Assembly: GCA_038867615.1 (NCBI GenBank)
Contig: JAWBYA010000002.1
Coordinates: forward strand, 367,331 to 431,330
Direction of reading: 5' to 3'
DNA length: 64,000 nt
DNA from: Sulfolobales archaeon
GTDB taxonomy: Archaea > Thermoproteota > Thermoprotei_A > Sulfolobales > AG1
Shown here: in pieces, positions 41,374 through 52,253 of the stretch
Numbering within the stretch: position 1 is the first letter of the stretch
Layout: each line of letters starts with the position of its first letter
Notes under the pieces: generated by a model
The model's input: the letters and a program-made list of their open reading frames with translations, nothing else
What the model was told of the DNA's origin: nothing
Database searches by the model: none
Translations under genes and position numbers: made by a program

Positions 41374-42306
41374 CTAGGAACCCCTAACCGCTTTTAGAAA
41401 TATCTCATCAATCGTTACTGGTTTTATCCTCATATCGATAATGATCCCCCCTCTACTTTGGATCGTTTCTGAGATGTTTTTCCTCACAATCCTATCTCTA
41501 TCCTCGTCTCTCAAAATAATTTTTATAATATTCCCTGTGGAGCGTGCCTCCAAAACACCATCGATCCCTTTGATAAGCTCCTCTATGCCAGGGATATCTC
41601 TGAAGAGCTCTATTTCAAGCACCCTTCCTCCCCCAATGAGTCCTGAGAGTTCTTCTTTGGAGCCGCTTGCAACTATCCTTCCCTTGTTCATTATAGCTAT
41701 ATGGCTACTAACCCTTTCAACCTCTTCCAACACATGGGAGGAGTAGAGGATCGTCTTTCCCTTCGATGCTAGATCTATGAATAGATCTCTAAACTGTATC
41801 CTAGCCTCGGGGTCTATGCTCATGAGAGGCTCATCAAGTATCAAGAGCTCTGGATCCGGGAGGAGGGCCTGGGCTATGGCGAGTCTCTGAACCATACCCT
41901 TGCTATAGGAGCCTATCTTCCTCTTAGAAGCTTTCTGTAGACCCACGATCGAAAGTATCTCTGAGACCCTCTCCCTAGAACCCCTTCCGAGACCATATAG
42001 ATCTGATACTAGTTTCAAATACTCCTCACCAGTCATGAACTCGGGAAAGGATGGTGTTTCAGGAACATACCCCACCCTATGGAGGATCTCCTTGTGATTG
42101 GATATAGGATCGAGACCGAGAACCTCTATAGATCCTTGATCCTGTCTCAAAAGCCCCACAGAAATCCTTATAAATGTGCTCTTACCAGCACCGTTGGGGC
42201 CAAGGAGCCCGAAGAGAGAGCCTCTAGGCACCTCGAGACTCACATCATTGAGGGCCACTATGTCTCTATATCTTTTAACAAGCCCTGAGGCTTTGAGAAC
42301 TGCCAT
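41374..42306 (-). CDS. ABC-2 type (multidrug-like) ATP-binding protein
   Basis: GPNGAGKS, YSKGMVQR, LILDEP, SSH. Confidence 0.9.
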   Translation of the reverse strand: MAVLKASGLVKRYRDIVALNDVSLEVPRGSLFGLLGPNGAGKSTFIRISVGLLRQDQGSIEVLGLDPISNHKEILHRVGYVPETPSFPEFMTGEEYLKLVSDLYGLGRGSRERVSEILSIVGLQKASKRKIGSYSKGMVQRLAIAQALLPDPELLILDEPLMSIDPEARIQFRDLFIDLASKGKTILYSSHVLEEVERVSSHIAIMNKGRIVASGSKEELSGLIGGGRVLEIELFRDIPGIEELIKGIDGVLEARSTGNIIKIILRDEDRDRIVRKNISETIQSRGGIIIDMRIKPVTIDEIFLKAVRGS

Positions 42307-42388
42307 CCATCTCTCTCCCTTCCAAATAATGGTTATCCATGGCAATGTATAAAAGGAGAATAAGGATAGCTAGACTAAGGGGTCATTA

Positions 42389-43228
42389 TTGTGTAGAATG
42401 TTTGTAATGATCGGTGGTTCAGATGCTGTGGATAGGGCTAGAGATAGCATGATTACAAGTCTCGTGAACGCGGCTAAGAAAGACCCGCACGGGCAAGCCC
42501 TCTTTGGCAATGCGGAGATAAGCCATAGGGATGGGTGGGGCTGGGTTGCACTACATCTAGATAGTAAGGGAGCGGCTCTCCATTTTGGTAGATCAACTAC
42601 ATCCATATACGAAGATCCCTCTATAAATGCCCCTAGACTGGTGTATCTCCCGTCAAGTGGGAAAGCAGTACTCATGATCCATGCCAGAGCCGCTAGCAAG
42701 GGCATGCCTATAAATATTTTCTCCACCCACCCAGTAGAGGCTACTACAAGCAATGGTTACAGATTATTCTTAATCCATAACGGGACTGTTGATAAAGAAG
42801 AACTACTAAGGATTCTTAATATCAATGCCGAGAGTAATGAGGCAAAGATCTATAATGATACGTATTTCTTAGCGCAATATATGGCGAAAAAGATCTCTAA
42901 GGGTATAGATCTAAGTATTATCCATGAGGCGGTGAGGCTTACAAAAACAGCCCTCAACATAGGCGTAGTTCTGATAAAGGAGCAAGAAGCCTGGGTGGCT
43001 GTAGGAAGCTTCTACAAAGCCAGAGATGATGAGGTAAGGAGAAAGTATTACAAAATATATAGAGGAGAAATCGAGGATCTGGTTATATATAGCTCATCAA
43101 CACTAATAGATTTCTATAACCCAAACATAGACATGGAATGGAAAGAACTCGAAAACGGCCGCTTCGAGATCTATAGGATAAGTGGAGAGAAAATAGATAT
43201 TGTGGAGAGCGTGATAATAAAAATATGA
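42389..43228 (+). CDS. Class II glutamine amidotransferase (Ntn hydrolase)
   Basis: N-terminal Cys2 (MCRM), HRDGWG, HARAAS, THP, HNG. Confidence 0.85.
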   Translation: MCRMFVMIGGSDAVDRARDSMITSLVNAAKKDPHGQALFGNAEISHRDGWGWVALHLDSKGAALHFGRSTTSIYEDPSINAPRLVYLPSSGKAVLMIHARAASKGMPINIFSTHPVEATTSNGYRLFLIHNGTVDKEELLRILNINAESNEAKIYNDTYFLAQYMAKKISKGIDLSIIHEAVRLTKTALNIGVVLIKEQEAWVAVGSFYKARDDEVRRKYYKIYRGEIEDLVIYSSSTLIDFYNPNIDMEWKELENGRFEIYRISGEKIDIVESVIIKI

Positions 43229-43250
43229 TACATAGAGTAACACATACACG

Positions 43251-43325
43251 GGGCCCGTAGCTCAGCCAGGATAGAGCACCGGCCTTCGGAGCCGGGGGTC
43301 GGGGGTTCGAATCCCCCCGGGCCCG
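43251..43325 (+). tRNA. tRNA-Arg(UCG), intronless, CCA not encoded
   Basis: Cloverleaf GGGCCCG/CGGGCCC; anticodon arm CCGGC-CTTCGGA-GCCGG; TTCGAAT. Confidence 0.97.
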
Positions 43326-43412
43326 CTATAGCGAGATGGAGCCCTACTCCAGCATAGAAAATGGAATAGCCATTATTTAGTCCCTACATCATATTAATCT
43401 GGTGAAATCTTT

Positions 43413-45194
43413 TTGGCCGTGGATCCTACCGAGATTTCTAGAATAATTAGCAAGATAGTATCCATTCCGAGATACAATGTTGAGGGGGTCGCTAGAGATC
43501 ATCTCATCTATAGCTCCACCGAGAGAGGCGATTACAGCGTATATGCGATAAACATAAAAAGTGGTGAGAAGAAGCTGGCCGCACCAAATATCCATATGCT
43601 AGTAGCTACTCACGAAGCATCTAGCAAGGTTGTGTTTGTTAGGGATGTTAGCAAGGGTTTCGAGCTCTCCAAGGTTATGATGGTTGATATAGAGGAGGGC
43701 TGTGAGATCGATGTGGCTGAAAATATCGAGCCGCAGAGAATAGCTGGGCTAGCCTTTGATGGTGAAAGGATCGCGTGGTCAGGCGCCACTAAAGCCTCTG
43801 GAGGCGTCTACCTAGCAGAGATATCGGAGAGAAGGGCTGAGAGGGTCGCGGCCACCAGGGGGAGAGAGTTTGTAAGCGATGTCAACGATAAATACATCGT
43901 GGGCTATGGTCGTCTCAAGGGAGATCCCTACTCAACAGAGATATTTATAATTAATATCAAGGAAGGGAGCTTCGAGATCTATACTCCGAAAGAGGGTTCC
44001 AACAACACATCGCCAAAGCTATATGGAGACAGGGTGCTCTTCATAAGCAACTTCGAGGATGGTGACAAGATGAAACCCTATATACTCAACCTTTTGACTA
44101 GAGAGCTAGAAGAGGTTAGGTTTAAATACGACGACATCTATAGATTCGATCCCGTAGAGTTTATCAGCATTGGCTGGACTAGCGATGGGAGAGTATGGAG
44201 TATAGGTAAGAAACGCGGCACCTCAAGGCTATTTCTAGACGGACGCGATCTTGGTATAGGCTTTGGAATGGTATCCTCAGCAGCGATTAAGGATAACATG
44301 GCCTTCATAGCCCACTCAAGCCTCAAAACACCGCCGAGAATACTGGCGATAGATATCAATAGAGGAGATGTTAGAGAGATTGTAGGAAGCAGACTCCCAA
44401 GAGATATAGAGGAGAGGCTGGGCGATGTGGCCTTTATAGAGGTGGAGTCGTTTGACGGGCTCAAGATACCCACGTTTGTATTAGAATCTAGAGCCGCTCC
44501 CAAGCCTGGACCAACGGTAGTATATCCTCATGGAGGCCCGTGGAGCGAGGTGGCAGACTCCTGGTCGCCCATAATAGTGTCGTTAGCAGCGCTAGGATAC
44601 CATGTAGTGGCGCCAAACTACAGGGGATCAACGGGCTATGGTGCAATTTTCAGGAAGATGGATATAGGAGACCCGGGCGGGGCTGATATGGAGGATGTCG
44701 CAGCAGCTAGAAACTGGGCTATAAAGAATGGACTGGGGAGAGAAGGTCTTATATCTATAGTGGGCTATAGCTATGGAGGCTATACAACACTGATGCAGCT
44801 TACTAGAAAGCCAAAGCTATGGAGATGCGGTGTAGCCGGGGCACCTGTGGCTGACTGGGAGAAGATGTATGAGCTAGCAGATGCGTATTTCAGATCGTTC
44901 CAGGAAACTCTCTTCGGAGGGAAGAAGGAGCTGTTTAGAGAGAGATCACCTATAACCTATGTAGAGAACATAGAGGCTCCTCTATGTATAGTAGAGCCTC
45001 AGAACGATTCGAGAACACCTATCCAACCGGTTCTCGACTTCGTTGAGAAGCTTGTCAAGCTTGGCAAGAGCTTTGAGCTACATGTTATACCAGATATGGG
45101 TCACAGGGTGTCGCTCAACGATGAAGCGCTGGCTAGATTTCTCCTATATACGGCTCTCTTCCTAGCTAGATGTTATAAAGTAGACCGGAGCTAA
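43413..45194 (+). CDS. S9 family peptidase (acylaminoacyl-peptidase-like)
   Basis: Beta-propeller plus HGGP, NYRGSTGYG, GYSYGG, DSRTP, GH. Confidence 0.92.
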   Translation: MAVDPTEISRIISKIVSIPRYNVEGVARDHLIYSSTERGDYSVYAINIKSGEKKLAAPNIHMLVATHEASSKVVFVRDVSKGFELSKVMMVDIEEGCEIDVAENIEPQRIAGLAFDGERIAWSGATKASGGVYLAEISERRAERVAATRGREFVSDVNDKYIVGYGRLKGDPYSTEIFIINIKEGSFEIYTPKEGSNNTSPKLYGDRVLFISNFEDGDKMKPYILNLLTRELEEVRFKYDDIYRFDPVEFISIGWTSDGRVWSIGKKRGTSRLFLDGRDLGIGFGMVSSAAIKDNMAFIAHSSLKTPPRILAIDINRGDVREIVGSRLPRDIEERLGDVAFIEVESFDGLKIPTFVLESRAAPKPGPTVVYPHGGPWSEVADSWSPIIVSLAALGYHVVAPNYRGSTGYGAIFRKMDIGDPGGADMEDVAAARNWAIKNGLGREGLISIVGYSYGGYTTLMQLTRKPKLWRCGVAGAPVADWEKMYELADAYFRSFQETLFGGKKELFRERSPITYVENIEAPLCIVEPQNDSRTPIQPVLDFVEKLVKLGKSFELHVIPDMGHRVSLNDEALARFLLYTALFLARCYKVDRS

Positions 45195-45291
45195 GAATGG
45201 ATCGCGTGAGAAGAGATCCTTGCTACTATTTTTACACCATGGTGGTGTAAAGCACTAAAGAACGTTAGCTACATTATTAGTGGTTGTGTTA

Positions 45292-45660
45292 ATGAGGCTA
45301 GACGAGTTTAAACAGGTCATAGCTGTGAGAACAGATCTCAAGATGAGCCCTGGAAAGCTAGCCGTCCAGGTTGCCCATGCCTCTGTAGACGCTGCTCTGA
45401 GATCTTTAAGGAATGAGAGATGGAGGAGATGGCTTGATGAATGGATATCCCAGGGTATGAAGAAGATTGTCGTTAAGGGCGGTGGTGAGGAGGATCTGCT
45501 GAGGATCTATGAAGAGTGTGTTAGGAGAGATCTACCATGCTCTATTGTGAGGGATGCTGGGAGAACAGAACTTGAACCAGGAACCCTTACTGCGGTTTGT
45601 GTAGGGCCTGCCCCCTCAAACATAGTGGACGAGATCACTGGAAAGTTGCAATTATACTAG
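45292..45660 (+). CDS. pth2: Peptidyl-tRNA hydrolase Pth2
   Basis: KQVIAVRTDLKMSPGKLAVQVAHA, DAGRTE, ITGKL. Confidence 0.95.
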   Translation: MRLDEFKQVIAVRTDLKMSPGKLAVQVAHASVDAALRSLRNERWRRWLDEWISQGMKKIVVKGGGEEDLLRIYEECVRRDLPCSIVRDAGRTELEPGTLTAVCVGPAPSNIVDEITGKLQLY

Positions 45661-45673
45661 ACTGGGGATATCT

Positions 45674-46885
45674 GTGGGGGCTAAATGTACTGAGACAAGA
45701 TCTCGTTTAGATACTATTCTGGGTATGGAGTGCTATCTCACAGCTTCCGAGTCGATAAGGCCTAAAGGGGTTCTTAACCATGATAACTTCTATGTATACG
45801 AATATATCGGTGGCATAGGCGTTTTAAAACCACCCATAGCTTTTCACGGAACCCGCGGAGAACTATATGCTTATCTTCTGATCAAAAGAGGGGTTGATAC
45901 CTATAGAGCTATAAATAGGGTCAAAAAGATCTTGAAACCTAAGAGAATCTCATACCACGGACTTAAAGACTCTAGATCTACATCATACCAATTAATAATT
46001 GTCGAGAAACCCGAGAATACCGAGACCTATGTGTTTGATAGAAATATCGAGGCCGTAATGCTAGGGATTTCTGGTAAGCATGCAAGGAGGGGAGGCAATA
46101 TTGGAAACTGCTTCAAAATCCCCCTAGAACCCCTTATTAATTATAACGATACGCGAAAGATCTCTGAAGTTCTGGACGAAATTGAGAAGACAGGATTTAT
46201 ACCTAACTATTACTCATACCAGAGGTTCGGGGTTAAGAGACCTATAACCCATGTCGCTGGTATGGGGATTCTGTGCGGCTCTTATGAGAATGCTTTGAGG
46301 GCTATAGTTACTGGAGACCCCTATGCAGACCCCAGCGTAGATCTTGTAGAGATGTGTGGCGAGATAATTACAAAGGGGGCGGGGTGGATGAACATAGAGA
46401 GAATTGTGTGTAGGAAGTATATAGAGACCAGAGATCCTGGAAAAGCTGTTAAGAGTCTCCCGAAGAGCTATCAAGAGCTCTACATATCAGCCCTGCTATC
46501 ATACATCTTCAACCTATACCTAAGCCTCAGGTGGAGAGATTATGGATTAGGTTTAGAGCCTGTTGGAGGGGAAGTTCTTCTGAGATCTCATATATATGGT
46601 TCAAAGATCCCGGGCGTTAGGATCTCTATAAGCACGGGCGGAGAGCCCAGCTATATTGTTATAGAGGCTCTGGATAGATACGGGATAAAAAGCTGTAAAC
46701 CGAGAACCAATAGATCCATATCAAGACCACTAGTACTCCCGATAGGCTTTAGAAGCAGAGCCGAGATCCTGGAATTCTGCCTAGATAGCGGCGGCTATGC
46801 CACTAACCTTTTAAGGGAGGTTTTTAAGGAACACACACCTACTCTACTCTCCCCTGATCTGAACCTCGGATCCTGCTATCATTGA
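45674..46885 (+). CDS. truD: tRNA pseudouridine(13) synthase
   Basis: GLKD, GN.FKI, PNYYSYQRFG, SYIFN, GGYAT..LRE. Confidence 0.85.
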   Translation: MGAKCTETRSRLDTILGMECYLTASESIRPKGVLNHDNFYVYEYIGGIGVLKPPIAFHGTRGELYAYLLIKRGVDTYRAINRVKKILKPKRISYHGLKDSRSTSYQLIIVEKPENTETYVFDRNIEAVMLGISGKHARRGGNIGNCFKIPLEPLINYNDTRKISEVLDEIEKTGFIPNYYSYQRFGVKRPITHVAGMGILCGSYENALRAIVTGDPYADPSVDLVEMCGEIITKGAGWMNIERIVCRKYIETRDPGKAVKSLPKSYQELYISALLSYIFNLYLSLRWRDYGLGLEPVGGEVLLRSHIYGSKIPGVRISISTGGEPSYIVIEALDRYGIKSCKPRTNRSISRPLVLPIGFRSRAEILEFCLDSGGYATNLLREVFKEHTPTLLSPDLNLGSCYH

Positions 46886-47359
46886 GAGTATCTTTTCAGC
46901 AGCATCGAGGGGAAGAGAGAGGTACTTGAGATCCCTCTTGGGGATCCTGAGAATATGGAAGCTAGTCCCGTCTGGTAGCCATACGATATTTATGCCAAGG
47001 ATCCTTGCTGGGAATAGGAGTTGTGACGCAATGCTCTTAAGATCCCTGGAGGATCCGTTGATAACCCTCACTTTAGCGTTAAGGCTCTCGCTAAGGTATC
47101 TCGAGATCCTCTGATATATATCGTAGGGAACCTCACCCATCCTCTGTATAAGAATAACTATAGAGTCCCTGAACCTATATGCTTTTACATAGCTCAGATT
47201 CTGCATATATTTCTTTAGATCCTGGTTCTCCTCAAGATCTATCAAGTTCCTCATAACCTCTATCTCAAACTCCTCAACCGCACCCGAGGAGACTAAACGC
47301 TCGCACCTGGGACAAAGAATCCCTGTCTTCACACACACATGATCCAGGGGGAGCCTCAA
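46844..47359 (-). CDS. nusA: NusA-like KH transcription factor (crenarchaeal NusA2 type)
   Basis: LPLD.VCVKTGILCPRC, LLFPARILGIN.VWLPDG. Confidence 0.75.
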   Translation of the reverse strand: MRLPLDHVCVKTGILCPRCERLVSSGAVEEFEIEVMRNLIDLEENQDLKKYMQNLSYVKAYRFRDSIVILIQRMGEVPYDIYQRISRYLSESLNAKVRVINGSSRDLKSIASQLLFPARILGINIVWLPDGTSFHILRIPKRDLKYLSLPLDAAEKILSMIAGSEVQIRGE

Positions 47360-47644
47360 TAGCAACACCACTACTACTAGGAGCACTAATTCATAGATAC
47401 TTTGAACGCTTTTAAACGAAGCATGCTCTAGGACTCCCGCCTTAAATTATTAGTTTACAGAGAAAACATGCCAGACATATATATCCAGCCCAGAGCTTGT
47501 ACGCGATATAACTTTCACCATCCCAGGTTATCGATTTTTTATGTTCTTCTATATCGATACCCCTTAATCTGGTTCAGAGGGATCCCAAAGATCCATATGG
47601 ATCTATAGTATCGCTAGAGTAAACCACAAGATCTTATTGATGCA

Positions 47645-48547
47645 TCAGAGACTCTCTGATCCAGGGCCTGTATCTTTTCTCCTCAGTCTATATAGCTTTC
47701 CCTTTCCAGGCCCCTCGAATTCCTCAACCACGCCTTCCTCCACCAATTTCCGCAGTTTTTTCCAGGTGTGTTGTTTTGGTATATTGAGAGTCTTAGAGAT
47801 CATAGAAAGCGACATGCCCCTTGGGTTCTTTGATAGCAGCTGCACTATCTCTTCCTCTATATCTCTTCCTCTGAACCTAGATCTGGCTATTGATAAGAGC
47901 CTTACAGATATGCCACCTATCAGCACTCCGACCGCTAGGAGGGCTACTTGATAGACCAGATCGTTATATGTATTACTGCTACCCACTTCCTCCTTCTGGA
48001 TCGCTTGTGTAGGTATGATCCTGCCGATTATATATATAGTGCTCGTCGTGTTAAACTCGAAAACATAGCCCTCACCATTAGATGTAGAGATTCTTATGGG
48101 GTTTGGCGCTGTCGATATGTTTGCAACATAATGTGGAAACCAGATCTTCTTTACAGTAGCCGCACTGCCATTAATCAGCGGGGGTGGTATAACGGCTTCT
48201 AGAGAATTGTTATAGATAGATATAGTTGATATCGCTATGCACGTCACGACACTGGAAGCCCCACTAATCCTAGCTATATAAGTTGATGCCGAGACCTGCT
48301 GAACCCTGGCATCCCCATTGGAAGAGCATATAGCTATAGAGTCCGGGATCCTTATCTCGAGCTCTACAAGAGCCCCACTCCGGTTTATATCTATATAGTA
48401 TTTTATAAGAGGCACCTCGAACCTCACATCAACCTCTACACCACCCACTCTCTGGGCGTATAGCAATCCTGCGAATCCTGTCAACATAACCTGTAGCATG
48501 AACAATGAGAATATAGAGAGAAATATATAGAACGTTCTTAGCCTCAA
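47645..48547 (-). CDS. Membrane-anchored protein with extracellular domain and C-terminal wHTH
   Basis: Signal peptide, TM, then GMSLSMISKTLNIPKQHTWKKLRKLVEEGVV. Confidence 0.7.
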   Translation of the reverse strand: MRLRTFYIFLSIFSLFMLQVMLTGFAGLLYAQRVGGVEVDVRFEVPLIKYYIDINRSGALVELEIRIPDSIAICSSNGDARVQQVSASTYIARISGASSVVTCIAISTISIYNNSLEAVIPPPLINGSAATVKKIWFPHYVANISTAPNPIRISTSNGEGYVFEFNTTSTIYIIGRIIPTQAIQKEEVGSSNTYNDLVYQVALLAVGVLIGGISVRLLSIARSRFRGRDIEEEIVQLLSKNPRGMSLSMISKTLNIPKQHTWKKLRKLVEEGVVEEFEGPGKGKLYRLRRKDTGPGSESL

Positions 48548-49920
48548 GACCTTTTCTCACCGAGTGCCGCAACTCCTAGGAGGAGGTATGCTGTGTATCT
48601 AGCTATACCCGGTATAGTGTCTACCGTTATATACTCATTTGGTGCATGGGCCCTTCCACCATGCCCGGGACCTGTGGCTATCATGGGGATGCCTATCTTT
48701 CTTGTGAAGAGATAGCTTGGCGCAGATCCTGGGATTATTGGTATTATGTATGGCTTAAGCCCCATATCGCTATAGGCTTTCCTAGCTATATCTACGTATG
48801 GGGATCTAGGGTCTGTCTTGCCCCATGTATATGAATCCATGACCCTAATCTCAACCAGATCCGTTAACCCAAGCCTTTTAACCAGATCCCTTAACCCCTC
48901 GATCACATCCTCAGGCTCTATGTTTGGAACAAGCCTGAAGTCGAGTCTCATAACAGCCTCGCCAGGTGTTATGGTTTTAGTTCCAGGGCCTGTATAGCCT
49001 GAGGAGAAGCCATCTATATTAACGGTTGGTTTGAAGTGGACAGCAATATACCAATCCCTCCCCCTAAGCCTTGGTCTCTGAACCCCGTAGAGCTCTAAAA
49101 GCTCTTCGAGCGGTGTAGCCTCCTCTATGTCGCTTAGATACTTGAGATCCTCTTCAGTCGGTCCTACGGTTTTCTCTTCGAGCCATGGTATCCTGGGCCC
49201 CTCGAGAGGATCTATTAGGTGTGATGCTATCCTTGCTAGCACAGCTGCTGGGTTATAGAGACCCCTGCTATAGCTGCTATGAACATCATATTTAGAAACC
49301 CTGCACCTAAGCTCTACAAAAACTATCCCCCTATTACCCAGTATTATTGTCGGCTTACCCCTAACCCTCTCGGAGGGGAATGGGAAGTAGGCTAGATCAG
49401 CCTTCTTCAACTCTGAGAGCTTGTCCTCAACAAGCTTTGGCATTGAGGGGCTTCCAAGCTCTTCCTCACCCTCTAGAATGAAGATCAAGTTTACTGGGAG
49501 TCTATCTGCTCTGGCTAGGATCTCGATGCCGAGGAGGCTGCTCATCAACGCTCCTTTTGTATTGAAAGCACCCCTAGCTATGATCCTATCGCCAACGATC
49601 CTTGCCTCGAATGGAGGCACCTCCCAAAGCTCCAGCGGCTCTACAGGCTGAACATCATACATGTTATAGATAATAACAGTTCTCTCAGCACCGACATCTA
49701 GTGCACCATACACTATGGGGTGCCCACCATATCTTAGGAGAGACGCTCTAGCCCCAAGCCTATTCTCAAGCCACTCCTTGAGGTAGGAGGCCGTCTCCTC
49801 GATACCCTCACCACTCCCGGATATGCTGGGCATTCTGAGAAACTTTCTAACCTCCTCAACCAGATCGTTTTTCTTTTTATTAACAATATCATCGATCATA
49901 ACACGAAGATCCCTGGACAT
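48544..49920 (-). CDS. M20/M25/M40 family metallopeptidase
   Basis: YDVQP, ARGA..KG, EGEEELGS, DVHS, HAPNE. Confidence 0.9.
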   Translation of the reverse strand: MSRDLRVMIDDIVNKKKNDLVEEVRKFLRMPSISGSGEGIEETASYLKEWLENRLGARASLLRYGGHPIVYGALDVGAERTVIIYNMYDVQPVEPLELWEVPPFEARIVGDRIIARGAFNTKGALMSSLLGIEILARADRLPVNLIFILEGEEELGSPSMPKLVEDKLSELKKADLAYFPFPSERVRGKPTIILGNRGIVFVELRCRVSKYDVHSSYSRGLYNPAAVLARIASHLIDPLEGPRIPWLEEKTVGPTEEDLKYLSDIEEATPLEELLELYGVQRPRLRGRDWYIAVHFKPTVNIDGFSSGYTGPGTKTITPGEAVMRLDFRLVPNIEPEDVIEGLRDLVKRLGLTDLVEIRVMDSYTWGKTDPRSPYVDIARKAYSDMGLKPYIIPIIPGSAPSYLFTRKIGIPMIATGPGHGGRAHAPNEYITVDTIPGIARYTAYLLLGVAALGEKRS

Positions 49921-50047
49921 AGAGCTACACCAAGAATATTGGTGGAAGGGCTATATAATAAAGCAACCGCTATAAGCATGCTATGCTCCTCTCAACAGGA
50001 CTAAAAATATAAGTATGCCCTCACTTGAGAGAAATATGTGAGTTTAA

Positions 50048-51346
50048 GTGTCCAGAGACTCGTTCGATCAAGCTGTGGCTCTTGCCGTTCTATTATTCCT
50101 GATCTCGGCGCTGATCCTTAGGGCTAGAAAGCCCGGAATCCCCGTGTGGTCTATAATGGCCATGACTTCTTTCATAATCGTTGTAAGCGGTATTATACCT
50201 ATAGACGAGCTAGGCTCGGTCATAGATCTCAATGTTATCCTTTTCCTAGTGGGTATGTTTAGCCTTGTATCGCTTGCAGAATCCTCTGGACTCCTTGGGG
50301 CCATTGCCTCTAAATTCATATCTAGGTTTAGGAGCGTCTCTCCACTGATCTACGCCTCCTCAATACTCTTTGGATTTTTATCAGCGATGGCTGTTAATGA
50401 TACCATAGCCCTTATGGGTCCTCCTATAGCGTTCTCTATAGCCAGGACAGCTGGGATCCATCCTGAGGCTATGTTTCTCCTCCTAGCCTTCTCAATAACG
50501 ATAGGGTCTGTAATGACACCTATAGGTAATCCTCAGAATGTTCTAATAGCAATACAGTCGGGTATGAGCGCACCATTTATCCAGTTCATGAAATATCTAG
50601 CCATACCAACGCTGGTTAATCTCCTCCTAACGGCTTATATAGTTAAAAAGATCTATGGGATAGGATCCTCAGGGCTTGAGTTATCAGCAGTCCCTAGAGA
50701 GGAGATCATCGATAGGAGGGATGCGATACTAGCTGGGGCAGGGCTTGTCGCGGTGATCACATCCCTCGTGATCAACGATGCTCTAGAGCTCGCCGGCCTC
50801 CCCCATATAAAGGAGAGGGGTTTTATACCCTTTATCATAGCCGCAGGGATCTATATGCTCTCAAGCAATCCTAGAAGAACACTTGCAGGTGTGGATTGGG
50901 GAACCATTGTTTTCTTCATAACTATGTTCATAACAATGGAGGGGATATGGAGGAGCGGGATCCTCCTACCACTCCTATCAATAGTCCTTCCAGAGAAGCT
51001 AGGCGAGATCCAAGGGATCCTCTCTATCTCGCTCCTCTCACTAGCACTCAGCCAGATCCTTAGCAACGTACCCTTCACAAAGCTATTCATACAATATATG
51101 CATCAACTCGGCTACAGCGGGGCTGATACATCGAGCTGGATAGTCCTGGCTATGGCATCAACCATAGCCGGGAACCTCACCCTCCTCGGGGCTGCATCAA
51201 ACATGATAATTCTCGAAGCGCTTGAGACCAGGATGGGGGTTACTATTTCTTTCATCAGGTTCGCCAAGATAGGCTGTATAGTGACTGCTACAAACATAGC
51301 GATCTACATACCATTTATACTTGCAATAAACGCACTTCATGGATAA
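50048..51346 (+). CDS. ArsB/NhaD/SLC13-type anion permease
   Basis: NDT, TPIGNPQN, SNVP, AGNLTLLGAASN; ~12 TMs. Confidence 0.85.
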   Translation: MSRDSFDQAVALAVLLFLISALILRARKPGIPVWSIMAMTSFIIVVSGIIPIDELGSVIDLNVILFLVGMFSLVSLAESSGLLGAIASKFISRFRSVSPLIYASSILFGFLSAMAVNDTIALMGPPIAFSIARTAGIHPEAMFLLLAFSITIGSVMTPIGNPQNVLIAIQSGMSAPFIQFMKYLAIPTLVNLLLTAYIVKKIYGIGSSGLELSAVPREEIIDRRDAILAGAGLVAVITSLVINDALELAGLPHIKERGFIPFIIAAGIYMLSSNPRRTLAGVDWGTIVFFITMFITMEGIWRSGILLPLLSIVLPEKLGEIQGILSISLLSLALSQILSNVPFTKLFIQYMHQLGYSGADTSSWIVLAMASTIAGNLTLLGAASNMIILEALETRMGVTISFIRFAKIGCIVTATNIAIYIPFILAINALHG

Positions 51347-51413
51347 CCAGATCCTAGCAATAATAGCCACCCTATTTATTAACCCAGTAGCCCTCCACAT
51401 AGCGGGAGGCACC

Positions 51414-51701
51414 ATGGCTAGTGAGATAACTCTGAACACTATAGCTGATGTTATCATAAGCGTCTATAACTGGCTAACAAACTTCCTAACACAGATCCTC
51501 CAACAAACAATACTCAAAGATGATCCATCAATAGCTCAGGACTATGGCTCTGCAATAGCTATGCTAGTATCCCTCACAGCCATCTACATACTCCTCGTGC
51601 TAGTATCATCATTTAAGAAAATCCTGGGAATAATACTAGCCCTGGGATGGGTTCTCCTAATAGTGGCACTGATCATGAGGGCCTTCTCAGGAACGAGATA
51701 A
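51414..51701 (+). CDS. Small membrane protein
   Basis: ATG after GGAGG SD with own TATA (TTTATTAA); two TMs. Confidence 0.65.
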   Translation: MASEITLNTIADVIISVYNWLTNFLTQILQQTILKDDPSIAQDYGSAIAMLVSLTAIYILLVLVSSFKKILGIILALGWVLLIVALIMRAFSGTR

Positions 51702-51779
51702 TCGAAACAACGATCGTGAGGACAGAGACAGAAACACTCGGGATAAAGTTAATAAAGCTAGACGCATAGATAAGATAGG

Positions 51780-51866
51780 GCCGGGGTCGCCTAGCCTGGT
51801 AGGGCGCCGGCCTGCTAAGCCGGTGGGGGAAACCCCGCGCGGGTTCAAATCCCGCCCCCGGCGCCA
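51780..51866 (+). tRNA. tRNA-Ser(GCU), CCA encoded
   Basis: GCCGGGG/CCCCGGC acceptor; CCGGC-CTGCTAA-GCCGG; long variable arm. Confidence 0.97.
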
Positions 51867-52180
51867 GGCCGAAGATTCAGCGCTCCAAGATCCTTAATAT
51901 CTATAACCAGCGGGCTGACTGCTTGTTGGTATTCATAGAAGATTCGTACCTTTGATCTATATGTTTTTGGCTATACATCGATCCCTGTATCGATTCTGGT
52001 ATATTATAGTAGAGGCAATGATACTAATCACCAGATGATGCTCTCTTGGTAAATGGGAGCCCATACCGTTGGGCTAGCAGAAATCATAACCCGCAGGATA
52101 AAGAGACTCCTGTGGGCTATATATGAAGATCCCCTAGATATAGAAGAATGCCAACAAACACCCATAAACTGTCAGGCGTA

Positions 52181-52223
52181 AATGATCGGGTTTGCAGATA
52201 ACTGCAAACCCGGGATATATAAT
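52181..52223 (+). promoter_or_regulatory. Palindromic operator CGGGTTTGCAG-ATAA-CTGCAAACCCG (52187-52212) plus TATA ATATATAAT (52215-52223), copy 2
   Basis: Near-identical to 2423-2465. Confidence 0.8.
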
Positions 52224-52253
52224 GCCGCTATTTCCCCTTGCGTTGAGGTGGTT

